Positions 12,732 to 26,657 are shown, counted from the first letter of the stretch. The stretch is 64,000 nucleotides of DNA from Octopus vulgaris (GCA_951406725.2 OX597816.1:5208001-5272000), one strand, 5' to 3'. Program-made: numbers and translations. The notes: generated by a model from the sequence alone, not told the origin.

Positions 12732-13796
12732 ACTTTCTCACTTCCTGAGTGTTAAACTAATACATCTGTTTGTCGTTTACACACCCGTCTTCGTCTTTTG
12801 CTTTTTTTTCTTTTGTAGATTCTCACTATATATATATATATATATATGTTCATGTATACATACAGACACATACACATAAATATATATGTACACAATGGGC
12901 TTCTTTCAGTTTCTGTCCACCAAACCTACTCACAAAGCTTTGTCCACCCAGGGTTATTGTAGTCAACACTTGCCCAAGGTGCCACACACTGGGACAGAAT
13001 CTGAAACCCGGTGGTTGGGGAACAAACTTCTTGACCACACAGTGATGCTGACACCTATTGTTTAGAACTGAAGATATATTGGTTGATAGTCTAATAAATG
13101 TCTTATCTCTGAAACTATCTTCTTTACATGATTACGGCACTAAATTTATGAGAAAACTACAAAAGTTGAGAATTTTTTCACTTTTTCCCAAGAACATTAA
13201 TGTCAGAAGTGGAAGCAGTACTAAACAGATACCAAAAAAAAAAGACAAAAAAAAAAAAAAAACTTGCCAAGATTTTCATTTGGTGAAGAATGCATCATTG
13301 CACCACATCACCCACCAAAGGAATTGGAGAAGAATGTTCCATTTGGCCAAACATTAAAGGCATTTATTATTGTTGGTTATTGCCATGAGAATCAATAGTT
13401 TAAATCAATGACTAGTCAGAGTTGGCCAAGGCAAACCAATCAATTAGTAGAGTCCACCAATAATACAAACCACAACGATTGACTAACTGAAACCAACACC
13501 AGCCCCGATGCCAACACAAAGACTACATCTATCAACAGCCACACACATACCTCAATTTCTTGTCCAAACTTGAAAAGTTTATACAATTACACATATTTAC
13601 ATTCCATGTACACTCCTATGCACATGCATACACACACACTTATACACACACATTTATATACACACATAAACTTATGCAAGTAGTGGATGAAGAAAGGACA
13701 AAGAACAGACCGACACACATTGGTAATTAAATTGAGAGATAAAACAGTAAAATATATAGATACTTACGAAAGATGTTTGATTTGTGGTTTAATAAA

Positions 13797-13823
13797 ATAG
13801 ACAGACAGACAGACAGATACATG

Positions 13824-13892
<69 letters not shown>

Positions 13893-13929
13893 GTAGGTAG
13901 GTAGGTAGGTAGGTAGGTAGATAGATAGG

Positions 13930-14019
<90 letters not shown>

Positions 14020-14020
14020 T
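13797..14020. repeat. (GATA)/(GGTA)n tetranucleotide microsatellite
   Basis: Directly visible; another at 56565-56658. Confidence 0.98.
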
Positions 14021-14707
14021 ATAAAGTCGTTTCTCATTAAGGTCAGTGAGAACATATAATTTTTGTTTTACTTTAGATCTTTCAAGCGATATAAATCAGT
14101 TTTATGGTGTTTGTTCTGAGGAGTTTTAAAATGTATATATTACAGGAATCCAGACAGTATCTTTGAAAAGGAATTCTGGTTCGAAAATGAGTGTGAAAAT
14201 AAAGACAGAGACAAGAAAGCAGAATCTACAGAGCTTTAAGAGTCGCAGGGTGGATTTATTGATTAAAATAATAATCCAGGATAAGAGCATGTTCAGGTGT
14301 ATTACAGGATTTCTGCTCATTACCTGTAAGCTAATGAATAAAACAGTCTCTTGTTATTCATCCATGAACTACGCTTATTCCATTCTTATCTTTCTTCAGC
14401 TGGAAGCATCAACTATTAACCTTTCCATTACCATATTCCTGTTGAAATTTACTGCCCTCATTTCAATTAAGTTTGAAAATAATAATTTAGTAAAATAAAT
14501 TTTGCCGTTATTATTAATCTGGTGTTTGGACATAAATTAAGAAGAAATTTTCATGGAAGGTTTTAACTTATATCACTTTAACAGGTGCAGGAGGGGGCTG
14601 TGTGGTAAGTAGCTTGCTTACCAACAACATGGTTCTGGGTTCACACTCGAATGGTGCCTTTTATGTGCCACTGGCATGGAAGCTGGCTGCAATATATTGG
14701 TTTATAG

Positions 14708-15103
14708 AGACTGAGACCTTTGGAGATATGCTGTGCTTGAGGAGACTCGGCAAGCCAAGTGAGATCGTAGCCTTGGCCTATGTCAGTGTTGCATAACTGA
14801 CCCATTGAAAAGTTCCCTTCAATTGTTGGGCAATATGCTGTCCTGGAAAAGACCTGTTGAGTCAAGTGAAATCATTGTTATGGCTGATACCAGTACCGTC
14901 TGACTGGCACCCATGTTACTGGCATGTAAAAAGTACCATTCAAATGTGGTCAATGTCAGTGCTACCTGACTGGCTCCCATGCCAGTGACATATAAAAAGC
15001 ATCATTCGAACATAGTCAATGCCAATTCCACCTGACTGGCCCTCATGCTGGCAGCACATAGAAAAGCACCCACTACACTCTCAGAGTGGTTGGCATTAGG
15101 AAG
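14708..15103 (+). mobile_element. RTE LINE ORF end plus partial 3' UTR
   Basis: Translates D*DLWRYAVLEETRQAK*, followed by family A subrepeats and AAAAGCACCCACTACACTC. Confidence 0.75.
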
Positions 15104-16015
15104 TTCAATCTCTGCTGGAGACACACATATGGAAACTTAATAACAACTAGAGACTAAATCCTTAGTAATTGCCATCATCATCACTTTAATGTCTCCTTTT
15201 CCATGGGTTTAATAATAGACTTTCCAATTTACTGGTGCCACATAAAAAGTAGTGGTGCCGGTGCCACCTGAAAAGCACCCAGTATACTCTGTAAAGTGAT
15301 TGGCATTAGGAAGGGCATCCAGCCATTGAAACTAAGCCAAAACAGACAATGGAGTTTGGTGCAACTCCTGGCCCTACCAGTTCCTGTCAAACTAACCAAC
15401 CCCTGCCAGAATGGAAAACAAACATTAATTGATGGTGATGATGACGATGATGATGACTGAGTTGAACATTCTGGAAATTTCCCTGTTTGTTCCCCCACTG
15501 CACAGCCACCCTCCCCAGATTTGGCTAAGATTAGATCTCTCCCTCTTAAATTCCATAAACATCTTCATCTTCTTTGCATTACAATTATCTGCCAAAAGAA
15601 GCACGTAATATTTCCAAGACTTTCATGTCTCTTGGTTCTCTTCATGTATCTTCTATTGTTCCACATCTAACGAACTAATTTCCAATATTAAATGGAATAA
15701 TTTAAACTCATTTGGCTCAATTGATAAAAGATTGAAGTATAAACCATTCCTGTCTTTAATGACGTTCTGTCTTCTTGATCACAAGAAATACTTTCCCATT
15801 GAACCGTTTATCTATATTTAAACAGATAATAGATATTCCTGTAGACATCTGATTTCAGCAGAATTCAAAAAGTCCACTTTAGCATTTTAATAATGTTCAG
15901 CATTTAAATACTTAAGTGACATCTCTATCGCTACATGTATGTCTACATGTGTGTGTGATAAAAGATATATATATATACACACACATATATATGTATATAT
16001 GTATATGTATATATG

Positions 16016-16072
<57 letters not shown>

Positions 16073-16206
16073 ATAAATTAAATATAGAGATATTCAATTG
16101 ACAATTGAATAATTTATTCATATTACAATATTACATTAACAACTATGAATATAGTGCATGATATAACATAATATTATATAGCATAAATAATTTTAAAAAC
16201 CGTAAA

Positions 16207-16293
16207 AAGCCAACAAATTGTTTCGACTAATATAAATTTTTTCTGATATTCACAATCACAGTTCCATTATATACAAAGTCACTTCAGGGTCTT
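16207..16293 (-). ncRNA. Type I hammerhead-ribozyme-like motif (A9U variant, long stem II loop)
   Basis: Minus strand: AAGACC-CTGAAGT-GACT...AGTC-GAAA-CA(ATT)TG-T-T-GGCTT. Stem III has 3 bp; stem I is CC/GG plus AAG/CTT around a bulge. The island lies between (TA)n tracts. Confidence 0.5.
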
Positions 16294-16408
16294 GGCTTTA
16301 GACAAAGATGAAATTCCACGTGAAAGGACGGCTGGATTGTTAAAAATTTGTATTTGTAAATATATATATATATGTATGTATGTATGTATATATATATATA
16401 TATGTATG

Positions 16409-16439
<31 letters not shown>

Positions 16440-17150
16440 GTATGTGTGTGTGTGTGTGTGTATGTATCATTTATCTTTTATTTGTTTCAGTCATTTGACT
16501 GTGTCCATGCTGGGGCAATGCCTTGAAGAACTTTTAGTTGCGTGAATCCCCCCCCCACCCCCGGGACTTATCTTTTTATTAAGCCTGGTACTTATTCTAT
16601 CTGCCTCTTTTGCCAAACCGCTAAGTTACATGGATGTAAACACACCAACACTGGTTGCCAAGCAGCGGTGAGGGTCAAACACAGACACGAGGGATTTCTT
16701 GCGCATCAGTAGGATAAGGTGAAAGATGAAAAGTTCAAATCCCACGCCCGTCCCATGCCAAGTGCAGGCTGTACTCTGCAGAACTAATTATGAACTTCTG
16801 ACTCTATGACTCAGCATTAATAGTTGCTGCCAATCAATGAAAATTGGTAAAATAGATTGAATTCTAGTCAGGCATTGTTGAAGTGTTTGGCATCAGTTCA
16901 AGAAATTGTAATTACACACCAATGCTGCATAACTGGAAGCTATATAACATTAAAGTTTGGCAGAATTTACTCTTCCGACTTACCAGAAACCCCCAACGAA
17001 ATTTATGTTTTATGTTCATTACATTCGAATTTGAATATTCAATGCAATACTCAACAGATTTGTTTTGTTATTGTTATTTTTGTTACGTTTTATTTTGTTT
17101 CCTTTTTCGTTGTAAATGAGGTTGTTGATTGGTTACCGGAATGCTTAGGT

Positions 17151-17205
17151 CAGTGGTTCTCATCCTGGGTTCACATGACCCTTGGAGTTCCATATAAAAT
17201 TTCTT
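17151..17205 (+). mobile_element. Possible hAT-type MITE terminal fragment
   Basis: Starts CAGTGGTTCTCA, typical of hAT/Charlie TIRs; the partner end was not found. Confidence 0.35.
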
Positions 17206-18119
17206 AACCTGGAACCATGTGGCTGAAAAGCAGACTTCTTCCCACTCAGCCATACCTCGTAAATACATATCACCATCTTCATCTTTTAATATCCGGTGCA
17301 ACTCCCCCAGTTCACCAGTTTTCGGTCAAACCGTCCAACCCATGCCAGCATGGGAAGCAGATGTTAAATGATGATGACGATGATCTTCCCTGATAGCACA
17401 GGTTGGACGATTCAACAGGATAATCCAGGGATTAAATTAGTGGCACGTAAAAAGCACCCACTACACTCGCGGAGTGGTTGGCGTTAGGAAGGGCATCCAG
17501 CTGTAGAAACTCTGCCAGATCAGATTGGAGCCTGGTGCAGCCCCTGGCTTCCCAGACCCCGGCCGAACCATCCAACCCGGGCTAGCATGGAAAACGGACG
17601 TTAAACGATGATGATGATGATATATATATATATATGACGTGCTTGTTTCAGTTTCTGTCTACTAAATCAACTCACAAGGACTTTGGGACAGCCAAGGGCT
17701 GTAGTAAAAGATACTTGTCATGGTGCCTTGCAGTGGGGTTGAACCTGAAACCATATATTTGGGAAGCAAACATTTTCACCACACAACCATACACAGCTAT
17801 TTCACAAATATATATATATATATAAGGAAAATAAAAATAAAATATCGATGTATGTTATTCAAATTACCATATTATTGAAATTACCATGAGGATCTCTTGT
17901 TTAAATAACAAAATCAAATAAATAGATAAAATTCTTAATTGTTAACAGAATGTCCACGCTGAATACTTTTAAAATTATTTCACATGCAAAGCAAGAACTC
18001 ATAACAGGACTAAAAGTAGCCGTGGAACAGAAACAAACATTATTTCTAAATTCTAATGGTAATTGTCCATCAAAACCAATTATCAAGTTTCCATGTGTGT
18101 TTATGTGTGTGTGCATGCA

Positions 18120-18165
<46 letters not shown>

Positions 18166-18516
18166 GCTGAATTCTCTATGCAATTGTTTAATGTAACAGT
18201 TATGTAAAAATGTTAAACATGGACATCAATTGTCTCCCGGAATCACTAAAAGGCCAAAAACCTGTCAGACAAAACAAGTTCCTAATAAACACAGAAGATC
18301 GTTTAACCTCCAAAACACTAATGTTTTATTTCAGTTGAAAACAGTAATTTGAAATAACTCACATTATTATTATTATTATTCTTTTTGTTGTGTTGTTGTT
18401 GCTGTTGGTACTGTTATTATTGATATTATTATTATTATTATTGATATTATTATTGTTATTATTATTATTATATTATTATTATTATTATTATTGTTATTAT
18501 TATTATTATTATTATT

Positions 18517-19073
18517 GAGTGAGAGAGAGCAGTGCATGCCATCAAAGTGACACTGGGGTAAAATATACGAAGCCTAATATACCCATCATGACTACCCGTC
18601 TGATAAGGGTACACCAGGCACATGCATCACAATCATATGTGCGCGACATGGTGATCTCATATCAAGATAAACAGCACATGACCTTGCAGGTGGAGGGAGC
18701 CCAGTTAGAATGTTCTTCAGGTTGAGTAGCCCATCCCACTCAAAAGGTCCCTGAATAAGGGTTGCTTTAGGATGTTGAACGAAACACCCATGTTTCCAAA
18801 GGTGAATTATTCAAACCCCAAAGAATTCCACTCAACACATGGCTATGATGCCCCCCCCCCACTACTTCTGCTCGTGATCAAAGATGCACATATTGTCAGC
18901 CACTAAGGGACATGCTCAACTGGTTATGGTCAAACAACTGACAAGCAAATCTGTGGTATTGAGCAGGATATTTGCTGTAACCCATCTTTTATACCAAAAC
19001 AAAACAATGTACATGGTAACACTTCCAATCAGTTAAGATCAGAAGCCATGATAGCCACTGTCTGGTACTGCAT
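18517..19073 (-). mobile_element. Family T element
   Basis: Reverse complement of 1995-2532, flanked by (TTA)n. Confidence 0.87.
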
Positions 19074-19095
19074 ATTGTTGTTATTATTATTGTTA

Positions 19096-19151
<56 letters not shown>

Positions 19152-19171
19152 GTCATTATTATTGTTATTAT

Positions 19172-19617
19172 TGCCTTTGCACAGCTTCTAACGCTGGAGA
19201 TGTACTACAGTGTTGTCAGCTGTTCACTACCGGCGAACTAAGGTAACACCTCTTATTTTTGAGCACCTACCGGAGTATTCGTGCAGTTCCAAGCAGTGCT
19301 GTTTTCTACAAGTGCTCCACCCTTATTGCAGCCCCTATTTGTTCCACGTACTTCTCAAGATTTTGACTCACTGTTCCCAGGGCTCCGACAATTATTGGTA
19401 CTAATGCTACCTTTTTCCTCAACCACAACTGCTTAACTTCCCAAGCTAACCTGTCATATCTCTCGACTTTCCTTTCTTCCTTAACGCATACCTTCCTTAT
19501 AGCTGGGCATGCTATATCTATGACCCAGCATAGTTTGCTTTCTTTCTCAATTACAACTGTATCCGGCTTCCTATTCTCTATCTCATGGTCGCACTGAATC
19601 ATAAAATCCCATTTTAT
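19172..19617 (-). mobile_element. R4/Dong-like REL domain fragment plus 3' UTR
   Basis: WDFMIQCDHEIENRKPDTVVIEKESKLCWVIDIACP...KVERYDRL...VPIIVGALG includes the KPD..D nuclease motif; (TTA)n on both sides. Same family as 50929-51136. Confidence 0.92.
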
Positions 19618-19647
19618 GAGCATTATTATTATTATTATTAATAATAA

Positions 19648-20135
19648 TATTCTGGATAAGTACAGCCCATTGGTGTCACTCTTAGGGTGGAAGGCTCCGT
19701 GTACTGTGAACATTTTTCTGCTCTTAGAATCCATTTTCTTCAATTCTCTCTTTTACCATTTTATAATTCCCGCTCCATACCAAAGTGATGCTATCACCCA
19801 CATATTAACTGCTTGGATTTTATTCCATCCAGTCAATTTTGAGCGCAGCACCAACCTCAGTCTTTGGAAATATTCCTTCCTTAGTTGCTCTTTCATTTCC
19901 TTTTCCATTATCTCATTGCACTCTTGTACACCAAGGTATTTGTATCCTTTTGTTTCAATTTGCTTAATCAAGTCTCTATTCAGTACCTTACCTTGCTTCT
20001 TTTTAGGTAGATTATTTTGCACTTCTTAAGTCCAAATTCCATTCTAATATCAGTACGAAAACAGTGGACCGTGTTCAGCGAGGAACTCACTTGTATCTCA
20101 TCTTTGCCATACAGTTTCAAATCATCCATGAAGTG
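19648..20135 (-). pseudogene. Frameshifted R4-clade reverse transcriptase fragment
   Basis: FMDDLKLYGK (FMDD at 20121-20132)...IRMEFGLKKC, then YKYLG...LRSKLTGWNKIQAVN...YGAGIIKW and HGAFHPKSDTNGLYLSR. Confidence 0.92.
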
Positions 20136-21006
20136 GAGGAGGAGGTGGCAAACCGGACAGAATCATTAACACACCGGACAAAAAGCTTTACAGCATTTCA
20201 ACTGCTTTTATGTTCTGAGTTCAAATTCCACCGAGGTCAATTTTGCTTTTCATAATTTTGGGGGGTCAATGAAATAAGTATCAGTCACATACTAAGGGTC
20301 AATACAATTGACTAACCCCCTCCCCACAAATTTCAGGCTTTGTACTTATAATAAAAGGGATTGTTGTTGGTGGTGGTTGTGGTGGTGGTTGTAGTGGTGG
20401 CAGTGGTGTTGTTGCTGTTGTTGTTGTTGGATGCTGTTGTTGTTGTTGGATGCTGTTGTTGTTGGTGTTGTGATTGTTGTTGTTGAATGCTATAGTTGTT
20501 GTTGTTGGTGGTGGTGGTGTTGTGATTGTTGTTGTTGAATGCTATAGTTGTTGTTGTTGGTGGTGGTGGTGTTGTGATTGTTGTTGTTGTCGGATGCTGT
20601 TGCTTTTGGTGGTGGTGGTGGTGGTGGCGGCGGTTGTAGTGTTGTTCTCACTCTTGGATGCTGTTGTTGTTGTTGTTGTTATCATTTAGCTTTCGGGTGT
20701 CGTAAATGTGGTAGGTTCTCACTGAGCTGAGTCAATAAGTGAATAACACACCACAGAAGCATTAGAACATTACACAACAATCTTTTTATACATATTTCTG
20801 TCTAATTTAGGAATCCTTATTGAGTGCAACGCATGCAATAAAGAGAGGGAATCCTCACAATTCCGTTTCTTTTCCTAAAGACATTCCTTTGAAATTTCAC
20901 CACCGATACTTTCACGAAACAAATAAACATCCTATTATTATCATTATTATTATCATCATCATCATCATCATTGTTGTTGTTATTATCGTCATTATTATCA
21001 TCATCA

Positions 21007-21052
<46 letters not shown>

Positions 21053-22435
21053 CATTATTATTCTACTGTTAAAAGAAAAGACAATGAGCAAATTTAACAA
21101 CAGAACTCAATTGTCTTCCCAATATAATTGTACTTGAATGGGGGTTTTCTTGCTGCTGAGAGATACTGGAAACCTTATCATTCATAAATGGTTTGCGCTA
21201 AATTGTAGGCGAAACAAAAAAAAAAAAATGGATATTGTTTTGATGTGTCTCTGATCTGAAATCCTACGTGTGTCAAAGTATGTCTTTCATCTGATCAAGG
21301 ATGGATGACAAAATAAGTTCTCATGACTCCATCACCTAGATCACTGCTTCTAGAGAAAGAAAGAACTTTGTCTAATCAATATCATTCTTATCGGCGTCAT
21401 GATCATGATCATCTTCATCATCATCACCATCATCATTATTATTATTATTATTATTACCACTACTTCTGTTCAAAGGAAAGTATTATCGTTAAACAAAAGA
21501 AACCAATAGCAGCGATCTGTTTTTGGATAATACTGCTTTAAGGCAGAAAATTGTAGTATTCTTAGTTTTGTTCACTGAACTCAGCATGTCAAATTACTAA
21601 GTAAGTATATAAGGCTTTCGAAATATTTTTATTTGCTTCGACTCATTTTTCTTTAGTGACATTTTCCTTTTGTCAAACAGCGGTAACAAACTCCAATGTT
21701 TGTAAAGAAACAAACTAAGAGAGTAAAATGTTAAGTGCGTAGAAAATCTGTCGGCAGCAACAATAAATGTTCAGAGAACAGGTAACTGCTGGTGTTCCGA
21801 ACACAACGGAAACCGTGCCAAACTGAAACAGTGCGGAATTGGAACATATCCAGTCCAAGTTGTATTAAAGCGCAGAAGGAGATGAAAGAAGCGGATATTG
21901 TGATTATTCGAAGGGAAATAGAAAAGGTCATTTTTGTGGATGACAAAAGTATGAATTGACACAAAGAATGTCTCTGAACATTAAAGGACTCGGTATTACG
22001 AGCGCGTAGCTCCACATCGACAAATAAACGAAATGTGCTTCATTCCTCTGTAGGTAGAATTTAGCCAAAGTATTAAAGGAATTCAAAACACTTTATTGCA
22101 CATGGCTTTTGCAAAAGCAGAAAATAGAGTTCTTTGTTTAAAAATATTTGTACTTTGATAAGTAAATCAAAAGACAATTTAGATGGGGAAAACAAGACAC
22201 ACTTTGAGATACACCTAGATTTTATTTAACAGCAGTAGTCACTGTGTCAAGTGATTTTCTTTTGATATTGAAAACTAGAGATAATTATTTACGTTATTTA
22301 CATTATTTACATTCGACAGATATTTGTCCTCATCTTCTTTGTTGTTAACTAGGTTTTATTTGGTATGGAGACAAAAAACAAGCATCTAAATATGTTTTGT
22401 GCCATGTTAGAACATGCAGATGTGTAATGGAAGTA

Positions 22436-22682
22436 CATGGAACAAACTGCCGGCATCAGTTGTTAGTAGTCGGAGCACTGCATCCTTCAAAACTTCCATG
22501 CTTCCTGAGATTTGCCAACACTACACCTGATTTTCTCCCCTCCATACACACGCAAGCATGTATCTGACTCATACATTGTTCACTTTCCAGACATTTGTAC
22601 ATTACTGCATATGCTTTATATGCACTTTTGACAAGTTGTGGTGCACCTGAGCACTGTAGACAGTAATTTCATTATTATTATT
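22436..22682 (+). mobile_element. CR1-clade LINE 3' end
   Basis: WNKLPASVVSSRSTASFKTSM...; tail GTGGTGCACCTGAGCACTGTA..AATTTCATTATTATT. The same tail occurs at about 7290-7330. Confidence 0.85.
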
Positions 22683-23197
22683 GCAATGTTTGTGATATGA
22701 GAGGAAGAAAAATGAAAATATATTTTGTCTTGTGATGAAAGACCAAGATATATTTTTGTGGAGAGATAGAAATACCTAGATACAATTTGAATAGTTGTTC
22801 AGTAAATTGTGATAGATTTGGCAGTAAGAATGGCCTGAATAAAACAAAACACTTGACAGAATCAGGATTCTGGTATTCATTTGAATTGAAGAGGAAGGTT
22901 ACGTGGCCTTTGAAACAGAGGGATGGCTTCAAGTGTTCTGTCTAACATTTCAAAACAGCTAAATGTCAGAGATTGAAAATGGATGCAGGAACATTTTAAT
23001 ATACAACCACTTACAAAATTCTCCTAGACATTTCCAGAAGCGACTAAGAACTAACTTTCTTGATAAAAGTAATCATACCACAGTGAATTTGGCAGGTTGG
23101 GCAACAAACCCAGCACCATAAGAACGAAGCAGAAGCAGTTTTACAGCCTGCCACCACCAATTTGGTGGAAAGTGATTTCAATGTTAAATCATTTGTT

Positions 23198-23750
23198 CAT
23201 CATCATCATCGTTTAACGTCCGCTTTCCATGCTAGCATGAGTTGGACGATTTGGCTGAGGGCTAGCGAACCAGACGGCCGCACCAGGCTCCAATCTTGAT
23301 CTGGCAGAATTTCTACAGCTGGATGCCCTTCCTAATGCCAACCGCTCCGAGAGTGTAATGGGTGCTTTTTACATGCCACCGGCACAGGGCCAGTCAGGCA
23401 GTACTGGCAATGACCTCGCTCGAATCTTTTTTACACGTGCCACTGGCACAGGTGCCAGAAAGGCGACGTTGGTAACGAGCACGCTTGAATGGTGCCCTTT
23501 TACGTGCCACTGGCACGGAGCCAGTTTGGTACTCTGGCAACGATCATGCTCAGATGGTGCTCTCGGCACCCTACTAGCACAGGCACAAGTGCCAGTAAGG
23601 CGACACTGGTAACGATCACACTCGAATGATGCCATTTTATGTGCCATTGGCACAGAAGCTGGTTAGCCGCTCTGTCAACGATCACCCTCGTATGGTGCTC
23701 TTTGCACACTGCTAGCACGGATGCCAGTCATGGAATTCGATTTTGATTTG
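23198..23750 (-). mobile_element. RTE 3' UTR (family A) with several ~60-bp subrepeats
   Basis: (CAT)n plus family A body, followed by diverged GTGCCAC(C/T)GGCAC...ACGATCAC.CTCGAATGGTGC units. Confidence 0.85.
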
Positions 23751-24373
23751 TTCTAAATAACTGGGGCATGGATAATTAATATTGTTAACTAAACAAATTA
23801 GAAGCCATTTGCACAAGCAAATGTTTACATAATGTAAATTCAAATTCAGGCAGAGATAATTGGTAAAAAACAATTTGAAACTTACGCAGCAAATTAAAAG
23901 TGAAAATGTTTCAGTTTAGTCATTTAGTAGCTAATTGTATTTTATTATTTGGTCCATTCCATAAGATTATACTACAGTAGTAACTATTCTGATCGGTAGT
24001 ATTGAGACGAGGTTTTCAACTCTTTCTAATGTCACTCATGTATAAATATATATTAGACCGTTGGTCGTTGTGTGTATAGAAGCTACACACTCAAGTCTTA
24101 TTCGATTCTTTTCTCTTTTGTTTAATCTCGTTACACCAAAGTCAATTACAGTCTGAACGGTCGTTTCATATTAATCACTGTTGTCTGCTGTTGATAAACT
24201 TCAACTCTGGATTACATTTTTAGACAGACAACTGTCCGACTGCCATTCAAGGACATCGTTATCAGCTTAGTGTTGCACGGGACTTGAATCGGTGAGATTT
24301 TAGTCAAAATTGATTGGCTGCGGTTGGAGAACTTCAGCTTCATTATATGTAAAGACAAGTACTATAGCCTGGT

Positions 24374-24661
24374 CACTGGTTCTGTTTAATCTCTTTTATT
24401 ATAATTAGTCAATTAATTAACCATTTAAATAATTAACTGATCGATTCTTTGATTAATTGTTTAGTCAATCAATCAGATAGGTTCATTAAAACCACTGTTC
24501 ATGACCTCATCAATGACATGCCCTCACTGCTCCAGGTCTGTCTCAGATGAATCTAACTCATCAATTGATTGATTCATTAACCAAACAATTAATTAGCTTA
24601 TTGGCTGAATCGTTTACTAGTTAACTACTAATGTACTAAATGAAGTGAAATAGAACCAGTG
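24374..24661. mobile_element. MITE-like element with CACTGGTTCT terminal inverted repeats
   Basis: CACTGGTTCT at 24374 and AGAACCAGTG at 24652-24661, with further internal AT-rich inverted similarity; related element at 49237-49489. Confidence 0.6.
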
Positions 24662-24688
24662 CACGTGTTTCTTATTAGCATGGCATAT

Positions 24689-25207
24689 GACTTTCGGAAA
24701 CATTTTTTCACGCTAAGAGTTGCTGAAGCATGGAACAAACTGCCAGCATCAGTTGTTAGTTGTCGGAGCACTGCATCCTTCAAAACTTCCATGCTTCCTG
24801 AGATTCGCCAACACTACACCTGATTTCCTCCCCTCCATACACACACAAGCATGTATCTGACTCATACACTGTTCACTTCCCAGACATTTGTACATCACTC
24901 CATATACTTTATACACACATTGAAGGCAGCAAGCTGGCAGAAACGTTAGCGCGCCGGGCGAAAGGCTTAGTGGTATTTCGTCTGTCGTTACGTTCTGCGT
25001 TCAAATTCCGCTGAGGTCGACTTTGCCTTTCATCGTCTCGGGGTCGATAAAATAAGTACCAGTTACACACTAGGGTCGATGTAATCGACTTATTCCATTT
25101 GTCTGTCCTTGCTTGTCTTCTCTGTGTTTAGCCCCTTGTGGGTAGTAAAGAAATATATACTTTATACGCACTTTTGTCAAGTTGTGGTGCACCTGAGCAC
25201 TGTATAC
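24689..25207 (+). mobile_element. CR1-clade LINE 3' end with a family B SINE (about 24924-25154) inserted
   Basis: DFRKHFFTLRVAEAWNKLPASVVSCRSTASFKTSMLPEIRQHYT* (stop 24821-24823) is a typical CR1 ORF2 C-terminus; the SINE is flanked by duplicated TATACTTTATAC(A/G)CAC. Confidence 0.9.
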
Positions 25208-26625
25208 ATCATCATCATCATCATCATCGTTTAACGTCCGTTCTCCATGCTAGCATGGGTTGGACGGTTCGACCGGGGATCTGGGAAGCCAGGAGGCTGC
25301 ACCAGGCTCCGGTCTTATCTAACAATGTTTCTACAGCTGGATGCCCTTCCTAACGCCAACCACTCCGTGAGTGTAGTGGGTGCTTTTTATGTGCCACCGA
25401 CACAGGTGCCAGACAAGGCTGGCAAACGGCCATGCTCAGATGGTGTTTTTTACATGTCACCGACACGGAAGCCAGTCGAGGCGGCGCTGGCATCAGCCAC
25501 GATTCGGATAGTGCTTTTTACGTATCTCCAGTCCAGGGGTCCCGGCATCTGCCAAGTACCAGTCATAGGATTGGTTCAATTTCGATTCCGATTCCAATAA
25601 TTTCATTATTATTATTTCATGACTTCACATCACGAATCTTGCAATCCAGAGACAAAAATGAAAGACGTTACCAACATGTCTAATTAAACTCTGTTTCCAA
25701 GAATTTATCGCAACTTGATATTGTTTTTTTTTTATCTTCAGAACCCGGATCAATGCTGCATTGTTATCAAGAGTTTGTTTTAGAAAATTGATTTCCAAGT
25801 GTAAAGCGCAGGAATTGTTGTGAACTTTTCTGCTGGTTCCAGATGCAGCCAATAATAGCACAATTCTTCATCTCTGCTATTTAACAGTACTTCTACCGAT
25901 CATCTCTATCAATTTGCTGCAGTGAATTTTTTCGTTTTTTTTTTGTTGTTTTTTCCTCTTGAGAAAAAATAACTAGTCATCTCCATTATCGCTATTTTGG
26001 TTTTGCACTTTTCCATGCTTGGCATAAATCAGACAGAATTTGTTGTGGCAGATACCCTATACAACCAGATCCTCTTCCTGTCACTAATCCTCACTTGTTT
26101 ACAGGCAACATAATATTTCCTCATGGCCAGACATGTTTTTATGGAAGACTGGAAAAGATCAACACCATTTGTATAACAGTGATGCTTGTTTACGACCATC
26201 ACAAGATATCAAGATGTATGGGGTGGACACACCCACATACACTTACTTCTATACATATATATATATATAGATGAAGCTCCATCTGTATGTGGCTGATGCC
26301 AGCGCCGCCTTGACTGGCTTCCATGTCGGTGGCACGTAAAAAGCATCGACCGATCGTGGCCATTGCCAGCTTCCCCTGGCACCTGTGCTGGTGGCACATA
26401 AAAAGCACCAACCGATCGTGGCCATTTCCAGCCTCCTCTGGCACCTGTGCCGGTGGCACATAAAAAGCACTTTCTACACTCACGGGGTGGTTGATGTTAG
26501 GAAGGTCATCCAGCTGTAGAAACACTGCCGGATCAGACTGGAGCCTGGTGCAGCCTTCTGGCTTCCCAGACCCCAGTCGAACCGTCCAACCCATGCTAGC
26601 ATGGAAAGCGGACGTTTAACGATGC

Positions 26626-26657
<32 letters not shown>

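Noticed and set aside
13768-14325. Possible minus-strand exon (acceptor near 14325, donor GTAAGTA near 13767)
   Set aside because: It spans a GATA microsatellite and has no continuous meaningful frame; unsupported without RNA data.
23360-23720. CRISPR-like pattern of a conserved GGTGC(T/C)TTTTACGTGCCAC motif with variable intervening sequence
   Set aside because: The intervening segments are homologous to each other, there are no cas genes, and the array is part of a eukaryotic LINE 3' UTR.
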